A model generated the notes under the pieces. That model worked only from the letters and a program-made list of their open reading frames with translations. It did no database searches and was not told the DNA's origin. The position numbers and the translations under genes are program-made. From positions 10,292,001 through 10,356,000 of the forward strand of contig NC_092672.1 in NCBI RefSeq assembly GCF_964355755.1: DNA of 64,000 nucleotides, written 5' to 3'. Origin of the DNA: Antedon mediterranea (Eukaryota > Animalia > Echinodermata). This document shows, one piece after another, positions 13,401 to 24,079 of the stretch. Positions within the stretch are counted from its first letter, which is position 1. Each line of letters starts with the position of its first letter.

Positions 13401-14099
13401 TGAGTGTTAAATAAATAAAAATAAAATAAAAGAGTACTCTTTCAATAATGCATACAAAAATATCCAAATTGGGCTTTTCCTTCAAAAACCAGATAAACAA
13501 CATATTTGTCATTGTGTCATAAACAAAAAACATTTTATTATTTTACAGAAGCTCTTCAGTTTGAAGACACCAACTAAATTCCTGTAGATTATTTTTCATT
13601 GACATAAAATCTGCCTCAGAAATGTCATGCTGTTATAGGCTACAAATTACTAACACCCGATCTTTAAATAAGCTAATTATTTTTAGTAATGTAACATATC
13701 CAGTCTATAATACTTCTTGACATTAAAGGCCGCTTTTCTGAATTGATAGCGACCTATTGTGTGACAAAAAGATACACAAACACCCATGCAGAGTTTTATT
13801 TATTTTCCGATAGACTAGGCTACACTAACATGTGCAATGGATTTTGACAAAGTTATGACTCAGGTATTAAATTATTGTATGAAAAAACTAAAAAATAAAC
13901 TGATAATTAAATAATACTTACCAATTCGCAGGAATAAAATAACACTGAACATGGAAAGGACGCATGGTAGAAAAACACCGAAAAATGTTGATAATTTCTT
14001 ATCATTTGGGTGACCAGCATCGGTGCTCAAGCTTCGACCAAGAAGCTGGTACCGCAACAGTGGAGACTTCTCATCTGGTTCATCCATGGCGGAATTCAT
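1456..14099 (-). CDS. SLC12A9: Solute carrier family 12 member 9 (CCC-interacting protein/CIP1-like), ~885 aa
   Basis: Coding exons on the minus strand, GT-AG and phase-consistent: 14099-13922, 11255-11121, 10792-10658, 9847-9560, 8642-8535, 8008-7897, [7370-7213 OR 6040-5883], 5055-4970, 3999-3875, 3523-3331, 3015-2691, 2270-1456. Total 2658 nt. Motifs: [107 protein letters not shown]-terminal [14 protein letters not shown]. An in-frame TAG lies just upstream of ATG 14099. Confidence 0.95.
3120..3251. mobile_element. Harbinger/PIF-type MITE (TIR AGCTCTGTCTACACTATCA), degenerate copy
   Basis: Shares the TIR and internal gtgatgtgcccatatatgg...cacatcac with at least 6 other copies in the window. 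Confidence 0.75.
5226..5514 (+). mobile_element. TTAA-flanked non-autonomous DNA element (Kolobok-like)
   Basis: TTAA|AG(A)GTATTGTCCCC ... GGGGACAATATATATCT|TTAA. An inverted homologous copy lies at 11677-12018. Confidence 0.75.
5883..6040 (-). CDS. SLC12A9: SLC12A9 alternative exon B of a duplicated, mutually exclusive pair (TM8 region)
   Basis: 158 nt, acceptor gatatttgcag, donor gtatgt, phase 2 to 1. Encodes [54 protein letters not shown]. Confidence 0.9.
7213..7370 (-). CDS. SLC12A9: SLC12A9 alternative exon A of a duplicated, mutually exclusive pair (TM8 region)
   Basis: 158 nt, acceptor ttgtttatag, donor gtatgt, phase 2 to 1. Encodes [54 protein letters not shown]. Confidence 0.9.
9387..9546. 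mobile_element. Harbinger/PIF-type MITE
   Basis: AGCCTTGTCTACACTATCA ... TGATAGTGTAGACAGAGCT. It sits 13 nt from an SLC12A9 donor site. Confidence 0.8.
10793..11120 (-). other. U12-type (minor spliceosome) GT-AG intron in SLC12A9
   Basis: 5' splice site GTATCCTT (plus-strand aaggatac, 11113-11120). Branch-like TACCTTAAT about 10-18 nt before the AG. The join T|TC gives in-frame GGAY-F-MISR. Confidence 0.9.
11677..12018 (-). mobile_element. TTAA-flanked non-autonomous DNA element (Kolobok-like), inverted copy of 5226-5514
   Basis: TTAA|AGATGTATTTTCCCC ... GGGGACAATACATCT|TTAA. The right end is the reverse complement of the left end of the 5226 copy. Confidence 0.75.
12227..12318. mobile_element. 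Truncated Harbinger-type MITE
   Basis: Left TIR agctctgtctacact and internal atcactaccatat..gggcacatcac are present; the right TIR is missing. Confidence 0.65.
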
Positions 14100-14135
14100 T
14101 AACTACTGTATTTCAAGGCAAGTATTGACTTCAGT

Positions 14136-14194
14136 TCAATCAAGAATCTGCATGCCTCTCTCTGCAGTATGGATTGATGTAGGCCGGCCAAGAC
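14136..14194 (-). promoter_or_regulatory. SLC12A9 5'UTR portion of the first coding exon, with a short uORF (MQILD*)
   Basis: Acceptor ccttttttag at 14195-14204. ATG CAG ATT CTT GAT TGA at 14153-14136. Confidence 0.5.
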
Positions 14195-16017
14195 CTAAAA
14201 AAGGTAGTATAAATAAAATAAAATAATGCTGTCTGTATGTTGGTTGTTTACTTTACATTTACATCAGCATTCACTCCTTCCCACTCCTTTCCTATTCAGT
14301 CTGAGCATGGAGGTAAAAAATGGTCTGAGTCTAGGCCTAGTCTAGCCTCAGGCATGGCTCATGATGGTAACCTACCATACCACATGTACAACGTACCTAG
14401 CTAGGCCTCTCTATCTAGGAATACCGCTCTCTAGTACCTGCTGCTGGAATGGATGCCAAACTACTACTTTACAAGCCAGTCAGAGTTGAAGCGTCAAACC
14501 TTAGCCTAATTTTAAAAGTTTGATTCAGTGCTTTGCTATTTAATATAAATGAACAATCAATAACTTAACGGATCGGTTATCTGGATTAGGAGGAGTTGAA
14601 TATCTAATATACCTATTTGACCTGATGTAACATCATTTGTTGTTTATCTTTGTGTCAGCTGACCGAGCAAAGTCCTAGGACACGTGACAACCTTGTAGCT
14701 TAAGATTCGTCCATTTCGTAGCAGGGTAGTCTATTTAAAACCAAAGTGTTACTTGATCTCAGTTCAATTGTGTTAATTTTTGAAACTATTTTATTAAATA
14801 ATGATTAAAAGGTTTCTATGCTCTTGTAAAAACACTATCATTCAGTATATTCACATTTTAAAGAATCAGAATATATTAATTATATTGGAAGTTTGCAGTG
14901 TGTAAAATGAACAAAGTTTTGAAAGTTGAACTTAACTCAGTCAATTGTTCTAGACCTATTGTCTATTTTTATTAAATCTGTCTTTTAATTTCAATACAGG
15001 AATGTCCTCTGGCTCGTTTCACATAATAAAATCTATAATATTTCCGAATATAGGCACACGTACAGGTCATACACTCTAAACCAAGATTTAAGCGGCGGAT
15101 TTATTTCTGCTGTTGTTTCTGGTTTTAAAAATAAAATTGTACAAATATAAGGACCATCATCATTTCATTCAGTGAATTTCCATCAAGCATGTTTAAGTCT
15201 CACGCTCCATGCAGCACCCATAATTTTCCGATTTTCATAAGGGTTAGGGTTACATTGACACATTAAACATGAGACAACAATCTCAATAAATAAAAACATA
15301 GTTGACAAAGTCAGGAGTATTGCACACAGCCATGTGGCTTTATTTTCAGTATTAAATACTTTTAAGCGTAAAAGTAATTGATTACTAAGAACGCTTACTA
15401 CAGTAAACAATTAAATTTCAAAATTGTATTTTTAATTCCATAAATTGCAGAATGGAACATACCTAATGACAGACGACTAGCTAGAGAGATATAAATATGT
15501 GTAAACTGAGATTTGTCTACCTCCATATTTAAGTCTTTGTGAGTAATGGAGAGACATAATCTGGATAGCCTGAGACATAGTCTATGACAGCATCTACTCT
15601 GTATAATCTAACTTCAACTGTTTCTATTCACGGATTGAAATAAAGTGAAGCACATGTAACCAACTTAGAATTCAAGTAAATAAGGCATTATTTAAAATGT
15701 AAACTTTGGATATGTTTACATATAAACTATCATTAATTTACAGTACACAAATATTTCAGTTAATGTGGTAAATCAGTTCATAAAGTTTAAAAATTGTGTA
15801 CATAGAGCAGTTTTACGTTACACAATTAGTATTAGTATTTTAACAATTTGGCAGAAAGCTAATATATTTTATTTAGCTACATGTATATAGCGCTACCATT
15901 AGTTTAGCGTCAGCTTATGTTTTATTACTTCATTTTTTTATCATTGAGTGAACATGCTTAAAACAAACATTATTATTAATGTACCCTGTAATTGATAAAT
16001 ACAGTTAAATACAATTA

Positions 16018-16929
16018 TCAATGAATTCTGTTCAGAGATTCATCGGCTATATTGAATAGATAAGAAAGAGGGCCAACTCTACGAGCAATATTAAAAGCGG
16101 TCTCGTCAGCACCGTTACGTATCGACGGATCGATGTAACGATTCATTAACAAGAGTTCTAGAACTTCTTTTGCTTCTCTGTTTGATGCCGCTAGATGCAA
16201 AGCAGTTTGACCGCCATTTGTTTGGCTGTTAATAGACGCACCATTCTCTAATAAAATTCCAGCCACGGATGCCTGACCCCAGCGGCTAGCACAGTGTAGA
16301 GGTTCCCAGCCGTCTAAAGTTCTAGCTCGAACATTTGCATTGTATTTTAATAAATAATTAACCATTGAAAGATGACCATTGTAGCACGCCCTATGAAGTG
16401 GAGTATAACCATCTTCATCGCAACAGCTAATTAAAGAGACTTCATTATTTAATATTTCCTTAATTATGTCCAATTCGTTATTCTCGGCTGCCCAGAGGCA
16501 CCGCTTGGTTGGGTCAGTCTCTACATCTTCACGGATGTCACTCTGGAGGTCATCGTCGCTCACACCGTACGACTGACGTAGAGACTTGCGTTTATTCTGA
16601 TCTTCCATAACCTTTAGAAGTAACTCGGTCTGCTTTCGCATTTTCTCATTATGCTCTTCACTATCATAGCTACTACTAGGTTCTTCGTACTGGTCAGCAA
16701 GGTATTGTTCAACTGCCTCTGCATAGATCCCTCCTCTACTCTGTTCCTTTGTCTCATCGCTGCTGTCGTTTGTTTCTAGTGTTAATGTCGATGCTGTGAT
16801 TGGCTTTATATTTTTCTGAACTGCGCTCTCATCATGAGACATCAGTTGTTCACGCATTTCCAACTGGTTTATGCTTTCAATGCTAACACTGATCTGGCTA
16901 ATCCGGTCTGCATCTAAACAACTTGCCAT
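16018..16929 (-). CDS. ANKRD49: Ankyrin repeat domain-containing protein 49-like, 303 aa, single coding exon
   Basis: ATG 16929 follows the acceptor ggtttcag (16959-16966). Acidic N-terminal half, then LWAAENN..., DEDGYTPLHRACYNGH, DGWEPLHCASRW, NGGQTALHLAAS and ETAFNIARR, matching the ANKRD49 pattern. Confidence 0.85.
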   Translation of the reverse strand: MASCLDADRISQISVSIESINQLEMREQLMSHDESAVQKNIKPITASTLTLETNDSSDETKEQSRGGIYAEAVEQYLADQYEEPSSSYDSEEHNEKMRKQTELLLKVMEDQNKRKSLRQSYGVSDDDLQSDIREDVETDPTKRCLWAAENNELDIIKEILNNEVSLISCCDEDGYTPLHRACYNGHLSMVNYLLKYNANVRARTLDGWEPLHCASRWGQASVAGILLENGASINSQTNGGQTALHLAASNREAKEVLELLLMNRYIDPSIRNGADETAFNIARRVGPLSYLFNIADESLNRIH

Positions 16930-17249
16930 GATGTGACTCAATGTTTACAATTCTCAATCTGAAACCAATGTGAATATTAGATTTTAAACACAGTATAAAA
17001 AAAGAAATAAATAACTCTGGAATAATAAGGAAATCAATGCTCATGCAATAATGTGGGACGAAACGACTTGAAGCACATTTATACCAACCACCTGAGCTGT
17101 TTCTGAACTGAGAGGTAGGTTTCTTGTCACCTGGCCTGGCTGGAGGCTGGAATTCGGTACAGATGTGTTTGGATGGCCTCAATGTATGTTTATCTGCCTA
17201 CCAACAGCAAAATATACATGATGTAATTTAAGTTGTATATAAACTTACA

Positions 17250-17649
17250 CAATTATGTAGGCCTACGGCTATTTTATAACAAACAATCTAGTAAAAAAGG
17301 CAGAGTGAGTCTTTCTTTCCTTTTTTCGAGCTCTCCCCTGTTTAATTGAATACACGGCGGCCCGGTAAACAGTAGTACTAGTATTGCCTGAATGATAGTA
17401 GAGAGCGCCACATGTCGGTTGTGGTGTGTCGGTAAAAAACGATATAGTACTAATAATAGTATAGTTGATTGTCAATTGTACAGTATACAAATAATTATTT
17501 ACAAGTGCTATCAACATACATTTATGTTTGCATAAACTGTTACTATTTAATAATAAAATTGTGTTTGAATATTTTTAATCACTACCATCTACCGCAAGAG
17601 GGCGAAAAAGGATACTCTATTCTACAGTAGTCGTAAAAATAGTCAATCA
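17250..17649. promoter_or_regulatory. Probable bidirectional promoter shared by ANKRD49 and TAF10
   Basis: Divergent genes with start codons ~720 bp apart. Possible ANKRD49 non-coding exon donor GTAAGT (minus, 17243-17248). Local CpG enrichment. Confidence 0.55.
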
Positions 17650-20600
17650 ATGATGGCTTCTTCTGGAACAACAAACCCGAACAGTAAGTTTATATTGTAG
17701 ATAATCATGGGATACTGTAGCTATTTTTATAATTTTTAATTAAAAAATTATTCAAAGAATGTCAGTGATCTTTCTGTTGTTTATTGTATAAGTTTAAAGC
17801 CATGAATTAACGCATTATTCTTGCCTAAACTAGTCGCGGCTAGGCTAGGCTCATCGTGAGTTACTAGTTTGTGCAGTGGTACGTACCGCGGCGCCCGGCT
17901 CAGAGGAGAAGTTGAACGCGCTAATTTGCGTAGGCTAGATAAATGACAGTACCTAGGCCTAGCCTAAGCCGTAACGTGTTTGAAATAGTTTTACGCTAGA
18001 TATTGTTTTATAAAAAACAAATTCTCATTGTGTTTTAATCTTTTTATAAATGTGTAATTTGTAAAAAAAAACACATGCTAAAACGGGCAGTTTTAATGTA
18101 GGCCTAGGCCTAGGTATTGTTTTTTTGTAGGACTACACAAGGTCTAGCTAGGCCCTCTATAGGCCCTATTAATTATATAGTGATATTATAAATATAATAT
18201 CTAGGCCTAGACTATTTAGTTAGAATTAGGCTTGACCGCAGCTTGACCTCCTACAGTCAGAGCCATATATATAAAGAGTTACGACATTGGATTATAGTCA
18301 CGTGATATGCAGATCAAAATTTGTCAAACTTGTCTCCATTAATGCATGTAAAGTATAGGAGCAACAAAATACTTTAAACTTTTTCTTGTATTAAAAAAAA
18401 TGTAATTGCACATTTTACGATGAAATATCGATGTGCACAGCGTACAGAAGTACTTGCGCCAAAGAATATTGCGCGCGCGTGCGCTAGTACATTATATTAC
18501 ATAGCCTATGTAAATACGCTAACGTGATTGGTTGAAACTGCATCACATGACTACCGCTGCGAGGATCGTAAATCGTATATATCCTCGAGAACGATGATAT
18601 TGACTGTGTAATTTTCGCGTAATTATCGTGTCCCCTGTCATTAAACATATAGATTCTCGAGTACGATGATATTGACTGTGTAATTTTCGTGTGCCAACAC
18701 TCGCGTTGCCGATAAATAAACAAAAGTCATCAACTCGATCTTGAACTCAGGTGGAATTGTCACTCCATCGCAAGACAACGCTTCAACCGTTGCGCCACGG
18801 AAGTTGCTTGAAGAAATTAATCTTCTAAACTATTTAAACTATGCATACATAGCGCCCTCATTTGTTATAAGTCCACCCTAAATGTGATGAAACACCGTTT
18901 GTGATTGGGCAATACTCACGGTAGTAACCTAGTAACTAGTACGCGCTGAACATCCGGTGATTCGGCTCCTCGAAGATCGAGAAGAAGACGAATTGTTTAT
19001 TCGGCCTACCTGATTATAATTATTATTATTTTTAATAGGCTTATTGATGGAAATTCTTCTGTTAATTTAAACGACCTAGGCCTAAGTGAATATTTTATTG
19101 CCAAGGAATCATTAATTAGTAATTATCTGTATATTATTCTTCGCAAGGTAAGGTGTCTAGGCAGGCTTGTTTAAATACAATACAAATACTATACTATAGG
19201 AGGCCTAGCCTAGCTTCACCCAACCCAGCAGACTTGTTCTTGGCTATATAATATAACAGATATTGCCTTTTATATCGGTTAAATATAAGATTTGACATCC
19301 CCGAGGGAATGATATTAAGTTCGAGGGAATATATATTTCCCGAGAACTTAATATCATTCCCTCGGGGATGTCAAATCTTATATTTAACCTATAAGTAGTC
19401 AATATCTGTATAATAACGTTCGATTGATGGATTTTGGAACAAAACATCTCATAACTACGTCCTATTAATAACAATTATGTAATATTTTCAATTCATAATG
19501 CATGCTTTGATGACTAAATAAAATAATAAAGTGTCGTGGATATATTGGTTAATATACTGAAAAGGGTATGAACAATATTTAAATAATAAAGGCAAATTAT
19601 TACAAATGAAATGATGAACGAGTCTCTGAATGGTAATAACGTTGGCGGCGCAGTTTGTGTAAAAAACACACAGAAAGCCATATACTGCATAAAAAGAGAG
19701 GTGAATTTGTGTGTTTTTTGTATTGGTTCATTCTTTGATGTATCCTAACTTCCATAGGCCCTAGCATTTATTTTTTTGTTATTATAAAAAATATATATAT
19801 ATTTTAACAAATCAATACCATTAATGAAATTAATTACTAAATTAAAAACGGAATCTAAGCGTTATTTCATAGACAACAAAATCTAAAAATAGTGCATGAA
19901 CTATAGGAAAACGCTATACAAAAGAGACGCGCGCGCCCTCAGCGTGTGAATTCTTTGACACAAAAATGGCTTCTAATTTTCAATGTCGTAACTCTTTATA
20001 TATATGGCTCTGCCTACAGTATTCTATTTGGGGACTTTTCTCTTTTAAGTTTCATTAGGCAACAATGGATCAACATCTAACGCAACAAGTTCTTCTGCAT
20101 CTGTGGCATCATCATCCAGCAATGGTGGAAACAAAGAGGCTGAGGTTGAGCCTGTTGGTGATTCCTTAGACACGTTCTTGACACAGATTGAAGACTACGC
20201 ACCAACGGTTAGGAGCAATATTGCAATGAATGAATATTTACTCCTAAGACACATTGTATTGTAGGCTTTACTGTGTAACAATAACATAAACATCATGAAT
20301 GAGATTATTTTAAATTTTAATTTCTTAACTACACTCACTAGTAAAACTGGAATTGTATTTCTGTACTTTAGATTTCATAAACATTAGTTTGTCATATTAG
20401 AAATTTAAGAAAAGGCCGATTACAAAAACCTGATTAATGTTATACTTCTACATATATTTACTGAACATCAATTAAAACATTGAAAATACACAATATAAAC
20501 ATTAATGACAATATGTATTATTATTTTTTTTATATTAATAAATATGTCCAGTACATTAGAAAGCATTAAACTCTGACATAAATGATTGTACTTGCAAGGT

Positions 20601-21780
20601 CAGTGATTATTATACTACGTACTTGGTAATATCAATTCTTTTTAAAAATGATTTTTTTTTCTTATATTTTAGATACCTGATGCTGTTACGGGGTTTTATC
20701 TGAATCGTGCTGGATTTGAAGCATCAGATCCTAGAGTGTGAGAATAATTACATTTTGTTCATATTATGTGTGTGTACAATTTAAAAAATGAAATAATAAT
20801 GGAAAAATGTTTTCACCTATAAATAACATAATAACCAAAAATAACATAATCGACCAAAAATCCATTGGCTAGCAATCAATTTTACCATTTTTTTTGCTTT
20901 AAATTATTGTTTTTTTGTTTAGATCCAATATTTGGTCAAAGTGAATAACTATTATGTGACATTAAAATGGCATATTTAACAATAAAAAATATTTGTCAGG
21001 GGAACAATACATCTTTAACTCTTGTGATCAGTTTTCTATTATTGTTTTTTTGTTTGCAGAATGCGATTGATATCACTAGCAGCACAGAAGTTTGTGTCTG
21101 ATGTTGTGAATGAATCATTACAACACTGCAAAATGAAAGGATCTGCACAATCATCAAAGAAATCAGGAAAGGTGAAGACATATTTAGTTATAACATTCTT
21201 GAGAAATTAATAAAGCCCTGGCAAAGATGCCTGTTAATAAATAAGGCCTGAAAATGTCAGGTGTCCTACACCCTCCAAGCATGGTCCTTTAAATTAGATT
21301 ATTTTGTTGCAGTAAAGCTGTACATTTTTTTAGTTGAAATTACATGCATAAGTGAATTTTAGTTATAACATTCTTAAGAAAATAATAAAGCCTTAAAAAT
21401 TGTTGTTTGCTATGCACTCAAATCCAAAATTGTATCAATCAAGAGCCAAAAAAGCTTTCGGGCTACTATTTTTTTTTCTTGTTGAAATGACATTCATGAG
21501 TGAATTTTCTATATAGCACCCTCTATTGTATATTTTTGCCCAGTTGTATTTTTTTGCAAGACTACTACATTATTATTACCCCACGACATTAAATCATAGA
21601 CATATTTAGTTCACTATTATATCTCTATGATTAAATTCAGGTAATATAAACAAATAATGAATTTAAAATATAATTGTTTTTTTTTTAAAGGACAAAAGAT
21701 ATACACTTACCTTAGATGACCTCACACCTGCTCTACACGAACGTGGCATCAATGTCAAAAAGCCATACTATTTCACATAG
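17650..21780 (+). CDS. TAF10: Transcription initiation factor TFIID subunit 10, 149 aa
   Basis: Exons 17650-17683, 20059-20207, 20673-20737, 21060-21171, 21691-21780 (450 nt). Encodes [60 protein letters not shown]...DKRYTLTLDDLTPALHERGINVKKPYYFT*. The first exon is the least certain. Confidence 0.95.
18735..18803 (-). mobile_element. tRNA-derived SINE head fragment nested in the TIR element
   Basis: Minus strand has A-box TGGCGCAACGG and B-box-like GAGTTCAAGATC. No intact cloverleaf. Confidence 0.5.
19277..19389. repeat. Long fold-back palindrome (perfect 46-bp arms)
   Basis: 19277-19322 is the exact reverse complement of 19344-19389. The spacer also pairs (GGGAA/TTCCC). Confidence 0.9.
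20790..21014. mobile_element. Partial Kolobok-like element in TAF10 intron 3
   Basis: The right end GGGGAACAATACATCT|TTAA and ggtcaaagtgaataact match the right end of 5226-5514. Confidence 0.5.
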
Positions 21781-22392
21781 CTAGAAGTTGAAAAGAAACA
21801 ATGATAATAATGACAAAGGCATTGTACTATATTTAAAAAGATCATCATCATCATACGATTATATATAACAATATTGTGTGGTATGGGAAAAAATCATTTG
21901 GTAAACTTACTTTCAACTGTTGAGATGTATGTTTACCATAGATTGGAGTTAATATCTGAGCAAGAATGTTCTTCAAGCATATACATGCTACACTATGGAC
22001 CCATAATTAGGTCTATTGTTACACAAAGAAACAGTATCAAAACGATTGTGGCACTTCAAGAAAAAGAAAAATGCTTTGTGTATTCGTGTATGGGGCTGAA
22101 AAGTCGTAAAGAACTTGTAACAGTCCTTTGATATTATGTCTGTCTGCGACAAATACCAACAGTAGTGTACTATGCACATATTCTCTATGGCGAGTGGTGC
22201 CTGTTAAGGGGCGTGGTACTGATCGTGTCGCATCCACAGATAACCCTTTGATCTCTGGAGCTCAGCATCCTGTTAGTAGATTGCCTTTCTTTTAAAACAC
22301 CAACAAAATCAAATCGTGTGTGCCTTATTCGCACAGAAATACTACATAATACTATGAGAACGAGAAGGTTGCAGAGAGGTTGTAATGCTTTA

Positions 22393-22531
22393 AGCTCTGT
22401 CTACACTATTAAACTAGTTTGACAACAAATATGGTAGTGATATGCCCAAATATAGTAGTGATATGCCCAAATATAGTAGTGATATGACATCATCACATCT
22501 TTTGTCAAAGTTTGATAGTGTAGACAGAGTT
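22393..22531. mobile_element. Harbinger/PIF-type MITE
   Basis: AGCTCTGTCTACACTAT ... ATAGTGTAGACAGAGTT, with an internal 21-bp tandem duplication. Confidence 0.8.
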
Positions 22532-23546
22532 TAAAAGCAACATCAACGTCACATTAAACTATCCATGTATTACATGATATAAGTTGATACTGTTTTCCTG
22601 GTTTTGCGTTATCACAATATAACATTTAAACAGGAAGCATTTTAAATTAACGTGTTAGGTGATGTAATATCTATAAATAGCACAATATTTATTCACTGAT
22701 TTAATTGTCCAGTAAGCAAGAATAATACTGTACATATAGAACTAGTTTTAAAAATAAGGCACCAACGACTTATCAAAATATATTTCAAAATCGTTGGCAT
22801 GTATTTTCTTTTGGAAAATAACGATAAATGAGAGTGGATTATTGGGTTATTAATGTAAATTAATTTAAAAGAAGAATCAGAAATAGATAAATTAAAGTTT
22901 TTTTATTATTAATATGAGTTTTTATGAATTAATAATTTGACTCTGAAGAATTAACAATAATACAATGTGGATGCGAACAATTTACGAACATGTTCCACGC
23001 AATGTACAATAACTGAAAGGCCTAAATGAACCAAAAAATACAATCCAGCATACACATTCAACTTAGGCACACGTTCTGATACTATGTACCATTCATACGT
23101 CGCGCGTAGCATAAGTTAAGCATAAAATACTATTAAAAAAATTAAAAAACTTAGGTCACGTACTACTAGAGTTTCAATTAAATTAGTACAATAACTGGAT
23201 TAATATACCTCTATACATTCCAGCTTTTTTTCCATTGTTATCCCACACAATTACCTCTGGAATTCAAACGTGAGAAAAAAACTACTTCATCGGCAAATCG
23301 TTTGATTTTTCTCATAGTAACATTTCATTAGCAGCTGGTTTGGCTGTTGTAACATGGCGAACTTTTCCAATACCACCAAATCTCTAGAGCCTTATTCGCG
23401 CAGAAATACTCCTTTGAGAACGAGCAGGTGGTAGGGAGGTAGTAGCGGCTAAAAAAGAAGACGACAACGGGACATTACATATTCATTCATTACATGATAA
23501 CTTGATGCTGTTTTCCTGGTTTTAACATGGTAATTAGGTCTACGAT

Positions 23547-23595
23547 AATATTTCCTGTTCAGATCAAATATTATTTGATCTGAACAGGAAATATT
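23547..23595. repeat. Perfect palindrome (24-bp arms, 1-nt spacer)
   Basis: AATATTTCCTGTTCAGATCAAATA-T-TATTTGATCTGAACAGGAAATATT. Confidence 0.9.
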
Positions 23596-24079
23596 TAACG
23601 CTAATTAAGTAGGTGACGTAATATCTGTCTATCTGTAATATACGTTTCTTCATTGCTGATGTGTGTCTATATAAATATATCATTGTTTAGCCTAGGGTGG
23701 CCTAAACTATTTTAAAGCGAATTAATTACTACTAAAGTTAAGATTTGGCAAATGAAACGCCCATCTTATAAACAAACATAAATTCTGGAAATGAGATATG
23801 CATATCATTAGGCCTACTACTTCATAATGATGACTCAATAATTAATAGGATATATCAATCAAACAATTGGTTTGATGCAATAAAATCCTGTACTTTACCA
23901 ATGAACTATTCTACGCAAAGTGCATTGTATATTGTCTTTGCTATTGAATCCTTCCTTCCTTTTAGGCTTTTATAAGGCTGATGGGGGTCGTAGTGTGTCA
24001 AAACTCACTTCCACCTTTTACCAAATTCTGGGTTACAAAACACGTCACTCGAAGACCGTCTATCGTCCGAATAACAAGC

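Larger units (their letters stand above)
18258..20012. mobile_element. Non-autonomous DNA transposon (P- or hAT-like), 1755 bp, in TAF10 intron 1
   Basis: Perfect 32-bp TIRs CAGAGCCATATATATAAAGAGTTACGACATTG and an exact 8-bp TSD CCTACAGT (18250-18257 and 20013-20020). No transposase ORF. Confidence 0.9.
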
